63,686 nt of DNA, filler included, from Octopus bimaculoides (GCF_001194135.2; 6 parts of 6 records of this genome joined end to end with filler, not necessarily neighbours in it); one strand, 5' to 3'. Shown: positions 1-12,361, counted from the whole stretch's first letter. Numbers and translations: made by a program. The notes: generated by a model from the sequence alone, not told the origin.

Positions 1-257
1 AGAGTAGGAGAGAACATAGGGAACTAAAGAATGTGATTTCAACGCATATTAGGACAGAATAGGACAGAATAGGAAAATTATTGAATTGAACACGAGGTGG
101 AGGTGATAGTGTCTAGAAGAACCATGAGAAGGGAAAGGAAAGAGATAAAGGTGTGATAGAGAGTAGGTAAAAAAAAACGAGAGAAGGTGAGAAAATGTGA
201 TAGAACCTAGAGGCAGAAGTGGAGTGAACAATTTTGGATCTCAAACAATACGTATAC

Positions 258-298
<41 letters not shown>

Positions 299-300
<2 letters not shown>

Positions 301-440
301 TTACTTTTTTACTCTTTTACTTCTTTCAGTCATTTGACTGCAGCCATGTTGGTGCACCGCCTTTACTAGAGCAAATCGACCCCAGGACTTATTATTTGTA
401 AGCCTAGTACTTATTCTATGGGTCTCTTTTGCGGTCTCTT
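299..440 (-). mobile_element. 3' fragment of SINE family B
   Basis: Matches 47402-47540 (TTTTACTCTTTTACT..CAGTCATTTGACTGCAGCCATG..GCACCGCC..GACCCCAGGACTTATT); sits next to (TA)n at about 270-297. Confidence 0.8.
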
Positions 441-934
441 TAGCAGAAGTGGCTATTAAGGAGTAAAGAGAAAGAAAAATAAATAAATAGAAAGAGAGGT
501 AGAGAGAGTGAGGGAGGAAAGTAAGAATTGGCATTAAGGATAAAATAAGGTATATAAGAATATAGTGTACAAAAATGAGAAAAAAGAAAGATAAATAAAT
601 AAATATATCAACGTAAATAAGGAGGCGGAGGTAAAGGAAGAAAACACAAAACAATGATAACGAAATAAAATGAAAGGGATTCAAAGAGAATAGCAGGTGC
701 CAGTGATATTCTTCTAGTCTTCTAGTCTGTTGAGGAGAAAATGTTGCAGTAAGTGCATGTGTCCGTTTTATGGCTAAGTTCAGTGGCCTTAGAAATAGTT
801 TTAGGTATGAGTGAACGAAGAAGCTAGTTGAACGTTAAATTATTCAAAAATAAGAGTTAGAACAAAATATTAGAGGATTTTATAGGTTAAGGTTTAAAAT
901 TAAATTAAAGAATTAACATTTACCTTATAAATTG

Positions 935-1633
935 CTAAGGTAAGGTTGATACAAGAGATATACAAGGGTATTTGTTAACAATCATGGAGGTATGTATGTG
1001 AATGTTATGCGCAGGGGCGAATTTACATTTGAATTTATGGAAAAATTTAGAAGTGCGGAAGAAAATGTGTTTACACGTTGTGAAGACTTCGTTGTGATTA
1101 TTAAGCTTTTTTCGTGAGTTATGGGTTAACATTTTGAGGGCTTCTTTTAGGCATAGTCCACAAGTAGAGCGCTGGCCCTGATATGGTACGCCAGAATCTA
1201 TTATAACCCAGGATAGCCTATATTGTATTTTTCTATTAATTAGATGGTGTACGTGGCTGGCTAGTGATGTGGAATTGCTATGCTTTTTATATTTAAACGA
1301 GTTTAAATGTGCATAATATCCTTGCTTACAGAATGTGGTAGATCCAGTATAGTAGCTATTGGAATTATGTTGCGAACCGTGCATCTTCTGCGATGGGCTT
1401 ATAGTGTGCAGTCGGTCTCAGATCTGCAGTTGCAGCTATCAGTTGTACGATGGTTAATTGGAGAGAGATATATGAGGTAGCGCCACTAGTAGACAAGCTA
1501 AAGGCTAGGGCTGTATTAGGTGAATCGTTCATGATATAGCTGTCATCATTGCCGTCATTTCTATTACCAATATCACCGCCATCGTCACCATTATTATTAT
1601 CGTCATTATTGCTATCGCCAACGCTATTATAAT

Positions 1634-1695
<62 letters not shown>

Positions 1696-2332
1696 ATAAT
1701 AATAATAATACTAGTGGTAGTAGTAGTGGTAGTAGTAGAAGTAGTAGTAGCAGCAGCAGCAGCAGTGGTAGTGGTGTGCTATTAGTGATATTATTACTGT
1801 TACTATCAGCAGTAGCATTTGTCGTAAGAGTGTTTGTATTAGTATTATTGCTAGTATTATTAGTATCTGTAGTAGAAGTATTAGTAGCCGTAGTGGTTGT
1901 ATGGTAGTAAGTATTGCTAGTATCAGTACTAGTGTTAGTACTAGCGTCGGTTTCAACTTTGCGCCCATTACCCCACGAGGTGGGCATTATATTGTCTAGG
2001 TTTAAGTTATTTAAAGTGTTAGGGCCAAGGGTGCTGGATATGTTGTTGCGAGCGGTGTTAGCGTTTTCGTTGCGTAGGTCTATGGAAGGGTTGTATAGAT
2101 TTAGATTCTAAGAACTAAGTTTACATTTGTTAGATGAGGTGATAATAGATTCTATATTTGGCGTAGCTGGATAGGATAATTTCAAAGCGGAACTGTTAAA
2201 GAAAGAATATTTGTGGTTACGTGGGAAATTAGAATCTACTATTTTAAAGAATGCTTTAGAAAGGCCCTTGACGTTTAAAGCGAATGGTGGTGTGTAACAG
2301 AGACTAGATCTCCCACCGCTTTTATTAGACAA
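935..2332 (-). mobile_element. Penelope-like retroelement remnant: RT C-terminal region, low-complexity linker, CNCR Zn-knuckle, GIY-YIG endonuclease
   Basis: 2108-2332 reads YTPPFALNVKGLSKAFFKIVDSNFPRNHKYSFFNSSALKLSYPATPNIESII (PLE consensus-like WFNPPFS.NV...FL..ID..FP..H....FN...K.SYS..PNI..II). SCNCRSETDCTL is at about 1400-1436. ORF 935-1384 has YYTGST, TSLASHV, YRLSWVII, CGLCLKE, LNNHNEVFTTCKH, typical of PLE GIY-YIG domains. Stops and frameshifts present. Confidence 0.85.
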
Positions 2333-2344
2333 ACTTGCCTAATG

Positions 2345-2900
2345 CTGTTTAGCCTCAGGAAACATCGTTTCCAGCTAGCTAGACGACACAATATGTGCCC
2401 TTATATTTTCGAACGGGGAGTTCAGCATTTGCTTCCAGAGCACAACAGTTTATGTGGACCGGATGGGAGTGCTGAAGTCTCTGTTCAAAGATATAAGGAC
2501 ACAGATATTGCGTCGGCTAGCCAGACGGAAACGATGTTTCTTGGGGCTAAACAACAGTAACATCGTCCCTTCCAGTACAGCGACATTATGTTCGCAGACG
2601 AGATTTAGAAATAATATTTCTATAGTATTAGATCAATGACTGCCTGTCACTTTGGAAACTATGTATTCCGACGGCGAATTCAGCAAGGCTTCCTGTTCAA
2701 GCAAGCGACTCTGAGTTGGTAAAGTGCAATAACTCAGAAACCGGTCCACATATCTCGGTTTGCGCTGGATGGAAGTGCTGAACCCCCAGTTCGAAAATAC
2801 AAGGACACAGATATTGTGTCGTATAGCCAGCTGGAAACGATGTTTCCTGGTGCTAAACAACAGTAACACGGTCCCTTCTAGGACAGCCATATTATGTTGG
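2345..2900. repeat. Triplicated ~95-130 bp segment, one copy inverted; possibly DDD-transposase-derived
   Basis: 2345-2437 is the reverse complement of the segment repeated directly at 2461-2591 and 2766-2900 (GGAAGTGCTGAAC..AAGGACACAGATATTG..GGAAACGATGTTTC..GCTAAACAACAG). NTVPSRTA resembles the D.APSHTA motif only weakly. Confidence 0.7.
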
Positions 2901-3199
2901 CAAGTAGCCTTTNNNNNNNNNNNNNNNNNNNNNNNNNNNNNNNNNNNNNNNNNNNNNNNNNNNNNNNNNNNNNNNNNNNNNNNNNNNNNNNNNNNNNNNN
3001 NNNNNNNNNNNNNNNNNNNNNNNNNNNNNNNNNNNNNNNNNNNNNNNNNNNNNNNNNNNNNNNNNNNNNNNNNNNNNNNNNNNNNNNNGGTGTTCCAGGT
3101 AGATTTGATGATCTTTTATAATTCTTTTTCCTAGGAACAGTTTGATGTATTGATGAACACTCCACGACGTGGGAGAGCATAAAGATTAAAGTTGTTGGT

Positions 3200-3900
3200 G
3201 AGAAACAGTTAGTTGACATGGAAGATTGAAAACAGTCTGAATATCAGGAAATGTCGAGTATCAAAATACTGGCATCATAACTGCTGTTCTATTCTCCCTG
3301 AATACTCCAAAGGCTGTAAGGCGTGACCTGGACTTCATGAAACTCAAGTTCTCCCAAATTTTTGGTAAGCTTTCTGTGTATCTTTGAATAGTACTTTAGG
3401 CGCAATTCAGACGTCTACGTTAGGTTGCTGGAGACTGTGCTCAAACCCTGCATGGAAAGGGTTATTGTACAAGGCTATAAGTGTGGCAGTTCGATTCACC
3501 TTCTTGCCATACAACCAGAAAGATTCTCAAATGATTTCCGGAGAATTTTTATGTCTTCACTAGCCCTAATTTCTGACTTCCCAATTCCTATTATAATCCA
3601 ACAGATTTCTAGATGTGGGACGCGGTTGAGAAGGGTACCAGCCACTTAGCCTATATGGCGAACAGAATCAGCTGTTCGAACCCTTCCGAGGGCAGGCATT
3701 CAGTAATGAATGTATGCGCGACGTTCCAGACCCATCTTACAGCCGTGGTAGAAGTTAATGGCGAATAATTTTAGTAAACTGTCAACTCCCAGAGAGCCAC
3801 ATTCTAGTTGCAATTAGTGTTATTTTTTAAAATACCTTTATTTTTCACCAGGGCTATTATGTTTTCTTTTCCTTTTATGCAAACTGTCAAATCTAGCTTG
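3200..3900 (+). mobile_element. Degenerate maT-like (DD37D-type) mariner transposase remnant
   Basis: Across frames: LETVLKPCMERV, then WQFDSPSCHTTRKILK*FPENFYVFTSPNF*LPNSYYNPTDF*MWDAVEK (cf. WQQDSAPCH...WPPNSPD.NP.DY.VW), then FQTHLTAVVEVNG. DNA 3665-3770 aligns by eye with 44170-44280. Confidence 0.7.
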
Positions 3901-3959
3901 AACACACACGCGCGCGCGCGTATATGATCACGTATGTATGTAGTGTACATACATATCTT

Positions 3960-4165
3960 TAAAACAAAACTGGATCACCTCCTCTCAAGGGTTCACGATG
4001 AGTCTACCTCACAGCAGGAAACACAGAGGAGAGCAGTAGCATTAACCCTCCTTATTCACTAAGTGCCATTATATCAGAGGTGGTTTCAAATAACGGTGTA
4101 GCACAGTCAACGCTGGTGTCCCAGCATGACCGCAGCTCTAAAGCTGATATAAAATAAAGAATTAA
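3960..4165 (+). mobile_element. 5'-truncated 3' end of a CR1/L2-type LINE
   Basis: KTKLDHLLSRVHDESTSQQETQRRAVA parallels KTKVDAFLSTISDEPMARNERQFRAA of the 5850-8140 LINE; ends in GGTGTCCCAGCATGACCGCAGCTCTAAAGCTG plus an A-rich tail. Confidence 0.7.
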
Positions 4166-4180
4166 ATAATGAAAGAATGT

Positions 4181-4247
<67 letters not shown>

Positions 4248-4561
4248 GTATGTTCTGTCTTAATAATCATAGGGACTTACCCACCACTTTTTCTTCTGTT
4301 ACATTTCGAAATATCGTTTCACTTAACGCTTTATTAAATCCATAAGCCAAAACTCATCAGAGCGGTGGTAAATACTACAACCTGAAAATTATAGTCGTAC
4401 CATTAATCTGCATTGCGTGTGTTTGTGTACACGTGTGTGTGGGTTTGTACGTTTTTGTGTGCGTGCGTGCGCGTGCGTGCGCGTGCGTGCGCGTGCGTTT
4501 GTGTGCGTTCTTGTATGTATATTCATACATCTAACTCTCTCTATATCCATCCATCTATCTA

Positions 4562-4592
<31 letters not shown>

Positions 4593-4669
4593 CTTAAAAG
4601 ATGAATACCCAAGCGCATACATTTCTGTAAAGACCTTTCAAATGCATATGAGTGTTTAATATTTGCATC

Positions 4670-5600
4670 ATGTTTGGAGCTTCTCACAAATCTTTTACAA
4701 AATTCCAATTATGTGCACAACACCAATTTATTTGTCTATTTTGATTTTTCCACTATTTCCGTTAATGGAATAATTTTCATATATTTTTCACAAATATTCA
4801 TGGCTACTTTATTCTTGTTTCTTACCTTCAATAATTACTTTTCCATCTGTCATAAAATCTCAATCTCAATTTACTTGACTGAATATGAATTTTGAACAGG
4901 TTTTTATAAAGTATTTCGCATTTAGTTGTGTAGGATTAAATAGATTTGAAATTTATATAGTTTAATCTATATCATCCACTTTGTAAACAATAGTTTCTTT
5001 AATCATCGACATTAAATTTGGTTATGACGAAAACAGTAGGTTTGTATAACTACGGAAAGTGTTGTGCCGACACGCTGCTTTATATGAATACATTCAATAC
5101 ATAGATTATAAATATAGGAATCTTGGCTACCCACAAACGGAACCTGTATGGAAAGCACAGATGGTGTGAAAATATATTATGTTTGCGGAAAAGAATATTA
5201 AAGCAGTAGATCGGGTAGGACTATATCACAATGGTCATTGTGATTGCCAAGCTTTCTGGAGATTACTTGATGTATGGCTGCATCAGTATCTGGTTCTACA
5301 TTTATCGCGATTGTGTTTTAGATCACTGTGGCATTCTTCCACAAAATTGCTTTCCTTTCAAAGTGGACTCTTACAGAAAAACGGAAACGAGCCTTCGTCC
5401 TGTTATTCTCTCAATTGTAAGGAATTTTCTCTCAATTCTCTCTATTACTAGAAGTCCGGTGACCACACGCTGCGTTCATCATACCATTTAACAGATATTG
5501 TCTATGTACGGATGAGTTGCGACGATTCTTCAACGCAGTGTATCGCAAAGATATCAGGTTTTATTAGAGTTCGCTCAAGTCCGAATAGAGTACATTTTAC
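4670..5600 (+). pseudogene. Possible decayed intronless membrane-receptor gene (weak Cys-loop ligand-gated-channel-like layout); 5' part duplicated at 9350-9670
   Basis: Duplication is visible in the sequence. Family resemblance is by eye only: LLTNLLQN..VYFDFSTISVNG..QIFMATLFL, IDIKFGYDE, then hydrophobic stretches at about 5290-5480, with many stops and frameshifts. Confidence 0.2.
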
Positions 5601-5668
5601 CTGTATCATTCTAACAGTTAAACCATATGACGATATCGCCCTCACATATACATATACATTGCCAAGCA

Positions 5669-5741
<73 letters not shown>

Positions 5742-5849
5742 GTGTGTGTATGACTGCAATCGCCTATATTATTAATTCTGTCATTATCAATTTGTTTATA
5801 TTAGCCTGCATAATAATCTTCGCAAATATTCACTCCTGAATTATTTGAA

Positions 5850-8140
5850 CCTTACTTGTAATTATATATATATAAAGCCATACAAGACATATGCGCCAAA
5901 TACGTGCCAAAAAGAAAGACCAGCAAACATACCAATAGAATTCCCAGAGACAGGAAAATCCTTATGAGACACAGAACAAAGGTCTCAAACCAGTTAAATA
6001 GAAAACTGGACGATAGGAAAAGGGCTAAATTAAAACTAACACTGTTAGAAATAGAAAAGAAGATCAAACTCTCCCATGAAAAGGAGAGAGCAGAGAAGGA
6101 GAAGAGTGCAGTAGAAAGCATAAAAACAAACCCCAAGGCTTTCTATAGATTTTCAAAGAGACTGCTACGGTACAGTATAAAATAGGGCCCCCAATTCCTG
6201 CCTAATGGCTCACTGACTGCGGACCCCACATGGATAAGTGAAGTGCTCAGTGCACAATTCAAGAGTGTTTNNNNNNNNNNNNNNNNNNNNNNNNNNNNNN
6301 NNNNNNNNNNNNNNNNNNNNNNNNNNNNNNNNNNNNNNNNNNNNNNNNNNNNNNNNNNNNNNNNNNNNNNNNNNNNNNNNNNNNNNNNNNNNNNNNNNNN
6401 NNNNNNNNNNNNNNNNNNNNNNNNNNNNNNNNNNNNNNNNNNNNNNNNNNNNNNNNNNNNNNNNNNNNNNNNNNNNNNNNNNNNNNNNNNNNNNNNNNNN
6501 NNNNNNNNNNNNNNNNNNNNNNNNNNNNNNNNNNNNNNNNNNNNNNNNNNNNNNNNNNNNNNNNNNNNNNNNNNNNNNNNNNNNNNNNNNNNNNNNNNNN
6601 NNNNNNNNNNNNNNNNNNNNNNNNNNNNNNNNNNNNNNNNNNNNNNNNNNNNNNNNNNNNNNNNNNNNNNNNNNNNNNNNNNNNNNNNNNNNNNNNNNNN
6701 NNNNNNNNNNNNNNNNNNNNNNNNNNNNNNNNNNNNNNNNNNNNNNNNNNNNNNNNNNNNNNNNNNNNNNNNNNNNNNNNNNNNNNNNNNNNNNNNNNNN
6801 NNNNNNNNNNNNNNNNNNNNNNNNNNNNNNNNNNNNNNNNNNNNNNNNNNNNNNNNNNNNNNNNNNNNNNNNNNNNNNNNNNNNNNNNNNNNNNNNNNNN
6901 NNNNNNNNNNNNNNNNNNNNNNNNNNNNNNNNNNNNNNNNNNNNNNNNNNNNNNNNNNNNNNNNNNNNNNNNNNNNNNNNNNNNNNNNNNNNNNNNNNNN
7001 NNNNNNNNNNNNNNNNNNNNNNNNNNNNNNNNNNNNNNNNNNNNNNNNNNNNNNNNNNNNNNNNNNNNNNNNNNNNNNNNNNNNNNNNNNNNNNNNNNNN
7101 NNNNNNNNNNNACTAGCTACGCTGATGTCACAAAGCTATCTCAGGCAATAAAGAATCCTGATGATATTATAAGCCTGCAGAATGACCTAAATGCAATATA
7201 CAAGTGGGCAGAGCAAAATAATATGCAGTTCAATGCAAAAAGAAAATTCAAGTACTGCGCTACAAGGCCAGAAGTGCCTCCCAACTGGCATACACAGGAC
7301 CTGGAGGTACTGCAATCCCAGAACCACAAACAGTAAGAGACCTGGGCATCAACATATGTAGTGATGCCTCATTTCACATGCACATTGTCAAGTTGACAGC
7401 AAAGTGCAGACAACTGACAGTGCAGATACTGAGGACATTCCGAACAAGGGATCAAAAGTCATGTTGACTCTATGGAAGACATTTGTTCTGAGCCGCCTAG
7501 ACTATTGCTCTCAGTTCTGGTCACGACAGTGTCAGGCGGACAGCAGAACTCGAGGCAATTCAGCGTCACTATACAAAAAAGATCGCCACAGTCCAACAGA
7601 TGAACTACAGGGAGAGACTGAAGGCACTAGGTCCCTACTCACTGGAGCGCAGGCGGTTGAGATATGTAATAATATACATATGGAAAATACTGGAAGGACT
7701 GGTACAAAACGTTGGCATCAATTACTACAAGAATGCCCGCACAGGTCGCCACTGCATGGTACCAAGGGTACCGTCCACTGCATCTCACATAAGAACAAGG
7801 TATTGTAACAGCCTCGGTTTCAGAGGACCTCGGCTCTTTAATGCCCTGCTAAAACAGTTCAGAGACCTGCAAGACGTGGATTTAGAGGTCTTCAAGACAA
7901 AAGTCGATGCTTTCCTCTCCACGATATCAGACGAACCAATGGCTCGAAATGAGAGACAGTTTAGGGCAGCGATGTCAAATTCTCTTATACACCAGAGGTG
8001 CCATCAAAACTCTTGATTGGACTATATCAGGTGCAGGAGAAGAGCCATGCAAGGAACGTGAAGAGAGCACAGCATAAAGACGGAAATTCACGGTGGTGCT
8101 CCAGCATGACCACAGCCACTTGGCTGAAACCCATAAATAA
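5850..8140 (+). mobile_element. CR1/L2-superfamily LINE ORF2 remnant (RT region mostly in gap 6271-7111) with 3' tail
   Basis: AVESIKTNPKAFYRFSK..IGP..NGSLTADP..SEVLSAQFKSVF before the gap. After it: YADVTKL (YADD-like), LQNDLNAIYKWAEQNNMQFNAK, RDLGINI, SRLDYCSQFWS, YRERLKALGPYSLERRRLRY, FRGPRLFNAL, FKTKVDAFL. Tail GGTGCTCCAGCATGACCACAGCCACTTGGCTGAAAC. Confidence 0.9.
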
Positions 8141-9128
8141 NNNNNNNNNNNNNNNNNNNNNNNNNNNNNNNNNNNNNNNNNNNNNNNNNNNNNNNNNNNN
8201 NNNNNNNNNNNNNNNNNNNNNNNNNNNNNNNNNNNNNNNNNNNNNNNNNNNNNNNNNNNNNNNNNNNNNNNNNNNNNNNNNNNNNNNNNNNNNNNNNNNN
8301 NNNNNNNNNNNNNNNNNNNNNNNNNNNNNNNNNNNNNNNNNNNNNNNNNNNNNNNNNNNNNNNNNNNNNNNNNNNNNNNNNNNNNNNNNNNNNNNNNNNN
8401 NNNNNNNNNNNNNNNNNNNNNNNNNNNNNNNNNNNNNNNNNNNNNNNNNNNNNNNNNNNNNNNNNNNNNNNNNNNNNNNNNNNNNNNNNNNNNNNNNNNN
8501 NNNNNNNNNNNNNNNNNNNNNNNNNNNNNNNNNNNNNNNNNNNNNNNNNNNNNNNNNNNNNNNNNNNNNNNNNNNNNNNNNNNNNNNNNNNNNNNNNNNN
8601 NNNNNNNNNNNNNNNNNNNNNNNNNNNNNNNNNNNNNNNNNNNNNNNNNNNNNNNNNNNNNNNNNNNNNNNNNNNNNNNNNNNNNNNNNNNNNNNNNNNN
8701 NNNNNNNNNNNNNNNNNNNNNNNNNNNNNNNNNNNNNNNNNNNNNNNNNNNNNNNNNNNNNNNNNNNNNNNNNNNNNNNNNNNNNNNNNNNNNNNNNNNN
8801 NNNNNNNNNNNNNNNNNNNNNNNNNNNNNNNNNNNNNNNNNNNNNNNNNNNNNNNNNNNNNNNNNNNNNNNNNNNNNNNNNNNNNNNNNNNNNNNNNNNN
8901 NNNNNNNNNNNNNNNNNNNNNNNNNNNNNNNNNNNNNNNNNNNNNNNNNNNNNNNNNNNNNNNNNNNNNNNNNNNNNNNNNNNNNNNNNNNNNNNNNNNN
9001 NNNNNNNNNNNNNNNNNNNNNNNNNNNNNNNNNNNNNNNNNNNNNNNNNNNNNNNNNNNNNNNNNNNNNNNNNNNNNNNNNNNNNNNNNNNNNNNNNNNN
9101 NNNNNNNNNNNNNNNNNNNNNNNNNNNN

Positions 9129-9168
<40 letters not shown>

Positions 9169-10084
9169 TGTGTGTGCGTGCGTTAATACTTATACATACC
9201 TATTATGAATGTATTATGTGTATACATATCGACATATGTGTACATATTTGTGTGTTTTACTTAATTAATGCGTAGTTACGTAGGTACCTATGTCTATGCA
9301 TTGTTCAATGCATGTGTATATCAAGAGAATATGTGGTTTTAATGGTTGTCAAATTTTTGCAGATCATTTACGGAATTCTAAAGAAGTGTAGAACAGTAAT
9401 AATTTGTGCATTTTCCTATTTTCACTATTTTCTTTAACGCAATGGTTTTTATACAATATTTCTAATATTGTCGCAACTCTTTTATTCTTGTTTCCTCCTT
9501 TTTATAATTAGTTTTCCGTCTATCATTGAATTTCTATCTCAATTCATTTGCCTGAAGATAAATTCCTGACAGACGTTCATAAAACATTCACAAGTTATAT
9601 TGAATCGAATTAAATAGCTTTTAAATTGATTTATTTTAATTTATATCATACATTCTGAGCATAATAGGGTTGTTGGGGATCGCCTCCATAAGAACCATGC
9701 ATAGGTTCAATTCAATAAGTAGGACGATTGTGACAACGTTTTGCTTGAGCAACAGAAGCGGAAAAGTGCACAAGGAAGATTGGTCTAAGTCTATATTGGT
9801 TCATGTTCCTGTTCTCCTGTGCTTTGTTATATACACACACACGTAGAAACACTGATACGCAGACATGCACTTTGCATTAAACAGCTGAAACTCTTCTAAC
9901 TCACACATACGCACAATCAAGCGTAAACCCTAATACGCCTGTCTTGATATTAGAATGTTACTAATTAACTTTTTTTTTGTTCAACATTTAATTCCCAGAT
10001 ATATTTTGAGCAGAGCTTTTTCAGCTGCTGGGGTGATAATAGTTTCAAATTCTGTTACAAGATTAGCAGATGGCTTAAGTCCCC

Positions 10085-10250
10085 TATATCGACCCCCACA
10101 CCAACCGCATTGCTCAACTGTTATTTTGTTTACTCCGAAAGCATGTAAAGTAAAGTCGACCCCAGCGCAGTTTTAACTCGGAACTTAATGACGGACGAAA
10201 TGCCGCTATGCATATTGCCCAGGGTGCGAACCTTTCGACCTGCTCGCTGC
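10085..10250 (-). mobile_element. Diverged SINE family A copy
   Basis: Reverse complement resembles the family A head (GGCAGCGAGC..GGGCAATATGC..GGCATTTCGTCCGTC..GAGTT..GGGGTCGACTTT). Confidence 0.6.
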
Positions 10251-11023
10251 CCCAGCTGCCCATGTAATATCGCTGTTGCATTCAGCAAACATCTATTCAT
10301 TCCCTGGGGCTTTTGCTAATCTCTATCCACCCTGTACTCCACCTCTCTCTCCCCTCTCTCTCCGCCTCTCTCGCCCCTTATCTCTCCCCCTCCCCCAAAT
10401 ATATTTCCATCAGAACAATTCTTTTGTTCAATTTTAATTTTCCTAATTTTGGGCTGATTTTGTCTATTTGGATTACAATGGAACTGCGAATTTCTTCGGC
10501 GCATATTTATGAAGAAATATGTGCCTTCCACAGATATTTATGCTGTCTTGGCAACTTTTGCTACTGCAAAAACATAAATCCAGTGCTCTAAAGAAACATT
10601 ACTGCCTGATTATTTACGAGGAACTTTCTTGGAAATGGTTCTATAAAGGTCTATAAATATTGTTAAGGTTTCGCACAATACATTCAACATTTTATACATA
10701 TATTCCAATATGTTCGTAACCTTCGTTTCAAGTAAATGTCGCAAGTATTACACTCATAGTTAGCATTTTCTCAGTCTAGATAAAGTATTGAACGTATTTC
10801 CATATCTGTCAGGAACTGTCGAAGCACCACGTGTAAACACACTAAAGAGCACAAATTATCTTAACACTGTAGACCTCCACTACTCTAAGCAATGGATAAT
10901 GAAATAATAAGCAATACAAATGAAAAACTTATAACTCAGCCTAAGTTTTAATTAATGCTCAGGGATGAGCATCAAATTGACGAGGAATAAAGTTAAAAGC
11001 TCATCAGAAACTTATCGTTCGAT

Positions 11024-11154
11024 GCCTTACATCCTTTCGGGGTCGATAAATTAAGTACCAGTTACACACTGGGGTCGATGTAATCGACTTAATCCGTTTG
11101 TCTGTCCTTGTTTGTCCCCTCTATGTTTAGCCCCTGGTGAGCACTAAAGAAATA
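11024..11154 (+). mobile_element. 5'-truncated SINE family A (A1 tail) with 18-bp TSD
   Basis: AGAAACTTATCGTTCGAT at 11006-11023 and 11155-11172 flanks sequence matching the 3' half of 23695-23927. Confidence 0.9.
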
Positions 11155-11502
11155 AGAAACTTATCGTTCGATACATTACACCTTTGATGATGACTTAAAT
11201 ATAAAAGTCAGACTTTATTAATCAAATCTTGCAAACGAAACAGAATGTAAATACACAGATGGGAAATATGTTTTACAACATCACGCGCAATTTACAGCCA
11301 TGCATTATCATCAAAACGGGATTATGCAGTCACAGAGATGCATAAAGTTGCTAGCTACTGACTATCACATCGATTGTTTCTAACGAAATAGAAAACAGAA
11401 AATCGAAAAGAAAATTGACATACCCAACGAATGTACAGAAATGTGCAGTAATTCAGTGAAAGAGATTCTTGTAGAAATCTGCAAGAATTTCTTTCAATTT
11501 CA

Positions 11503-11503
<1 letters not shown>

Positions 11504-11534
<31 letters not shown>

Positions 11535-11651
11535 TTATTATTATTATTATTAGTGTATTAACAACAAAAATAGTGATTTAATAACAATAACAACAACAAC
11601 AACANNNNNNNNNNCACCACCACCAACAACAACAACAACAACAGCAACAAC

Positions 11652-11712
<61 letters not shown>
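11504..11712. repeat. (ATT)n / (AAC)n / (AAT)n compound microsatellite
   Basis: Direct reading. Confidence 0.95.
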
Positions 11713-11713
<1 letters not shown>

Positions 11714-12361
11714 AATTGAAAGTAATTCAATCGTAGATGTTGGATAATATTTGCAAGATGCGCCTCAGAAATCGATATCAAATCCATAATCATCAAAATC
11801 TTTTATGTAACCTGTCTTTCATATTCGGTATGGTAAATGACATCAGGCGCTTTAAAATATCTTCTGTGACAAGCAAATGGTTTCACTTCTCTATCTTCTA
11901 CCGTTTGTTTTACCTCTTGTTTTGTTTTTCTTGTTTTATTTGTATATTTGTCTTGTTTGTTTGAATAGTGTCGGCAGTGATGGATCGAAATTTGCGTTTT
12001 AAGACATTTTCTGACGTTAAATTATCAGATTTTTTATTTAAACATACTTTATAGATTTCATTTCTCCTCGCTTGGTTTTTGAACTACTTCAGTCAAGTCC
12101 TTCTTTCTACAACTGTTTATTTTAGTTGAAACAAAAAGAAAGAAAAACTATGATATGACAGCTTCTTTCCTATTTGATTCCTCACACCATCGATTTCAAA
12201 TCTATAGAAGCTTCAAGTTTGTCGTTAAATTTCCTGTAAAACAGTACAAGAAAAGAGTTATAGTTTGATTTATTAAAAAGTGAAAGAAGAGATATTCTGG
12301 CAGTCACTAGATCGTTGTCAAACTATTAAATACTTTTCTGTCATCGCGAACATCAAACACA

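Noticed and set aside
4780-4895. GPCR TM3/DRY-like reading (LFLTFNNYFSICHK)
   Set aside because: No DRY or other conserved class A motifs in order; compositional mimicry is likely.
6238-9167. Long ORFs of 200-390 aa spanning N runs (also 16.6-17.5, 37.4, 39.1, 51.1 and 60.9 kb)
   Set aside because: The length comes from unknown bases (X).
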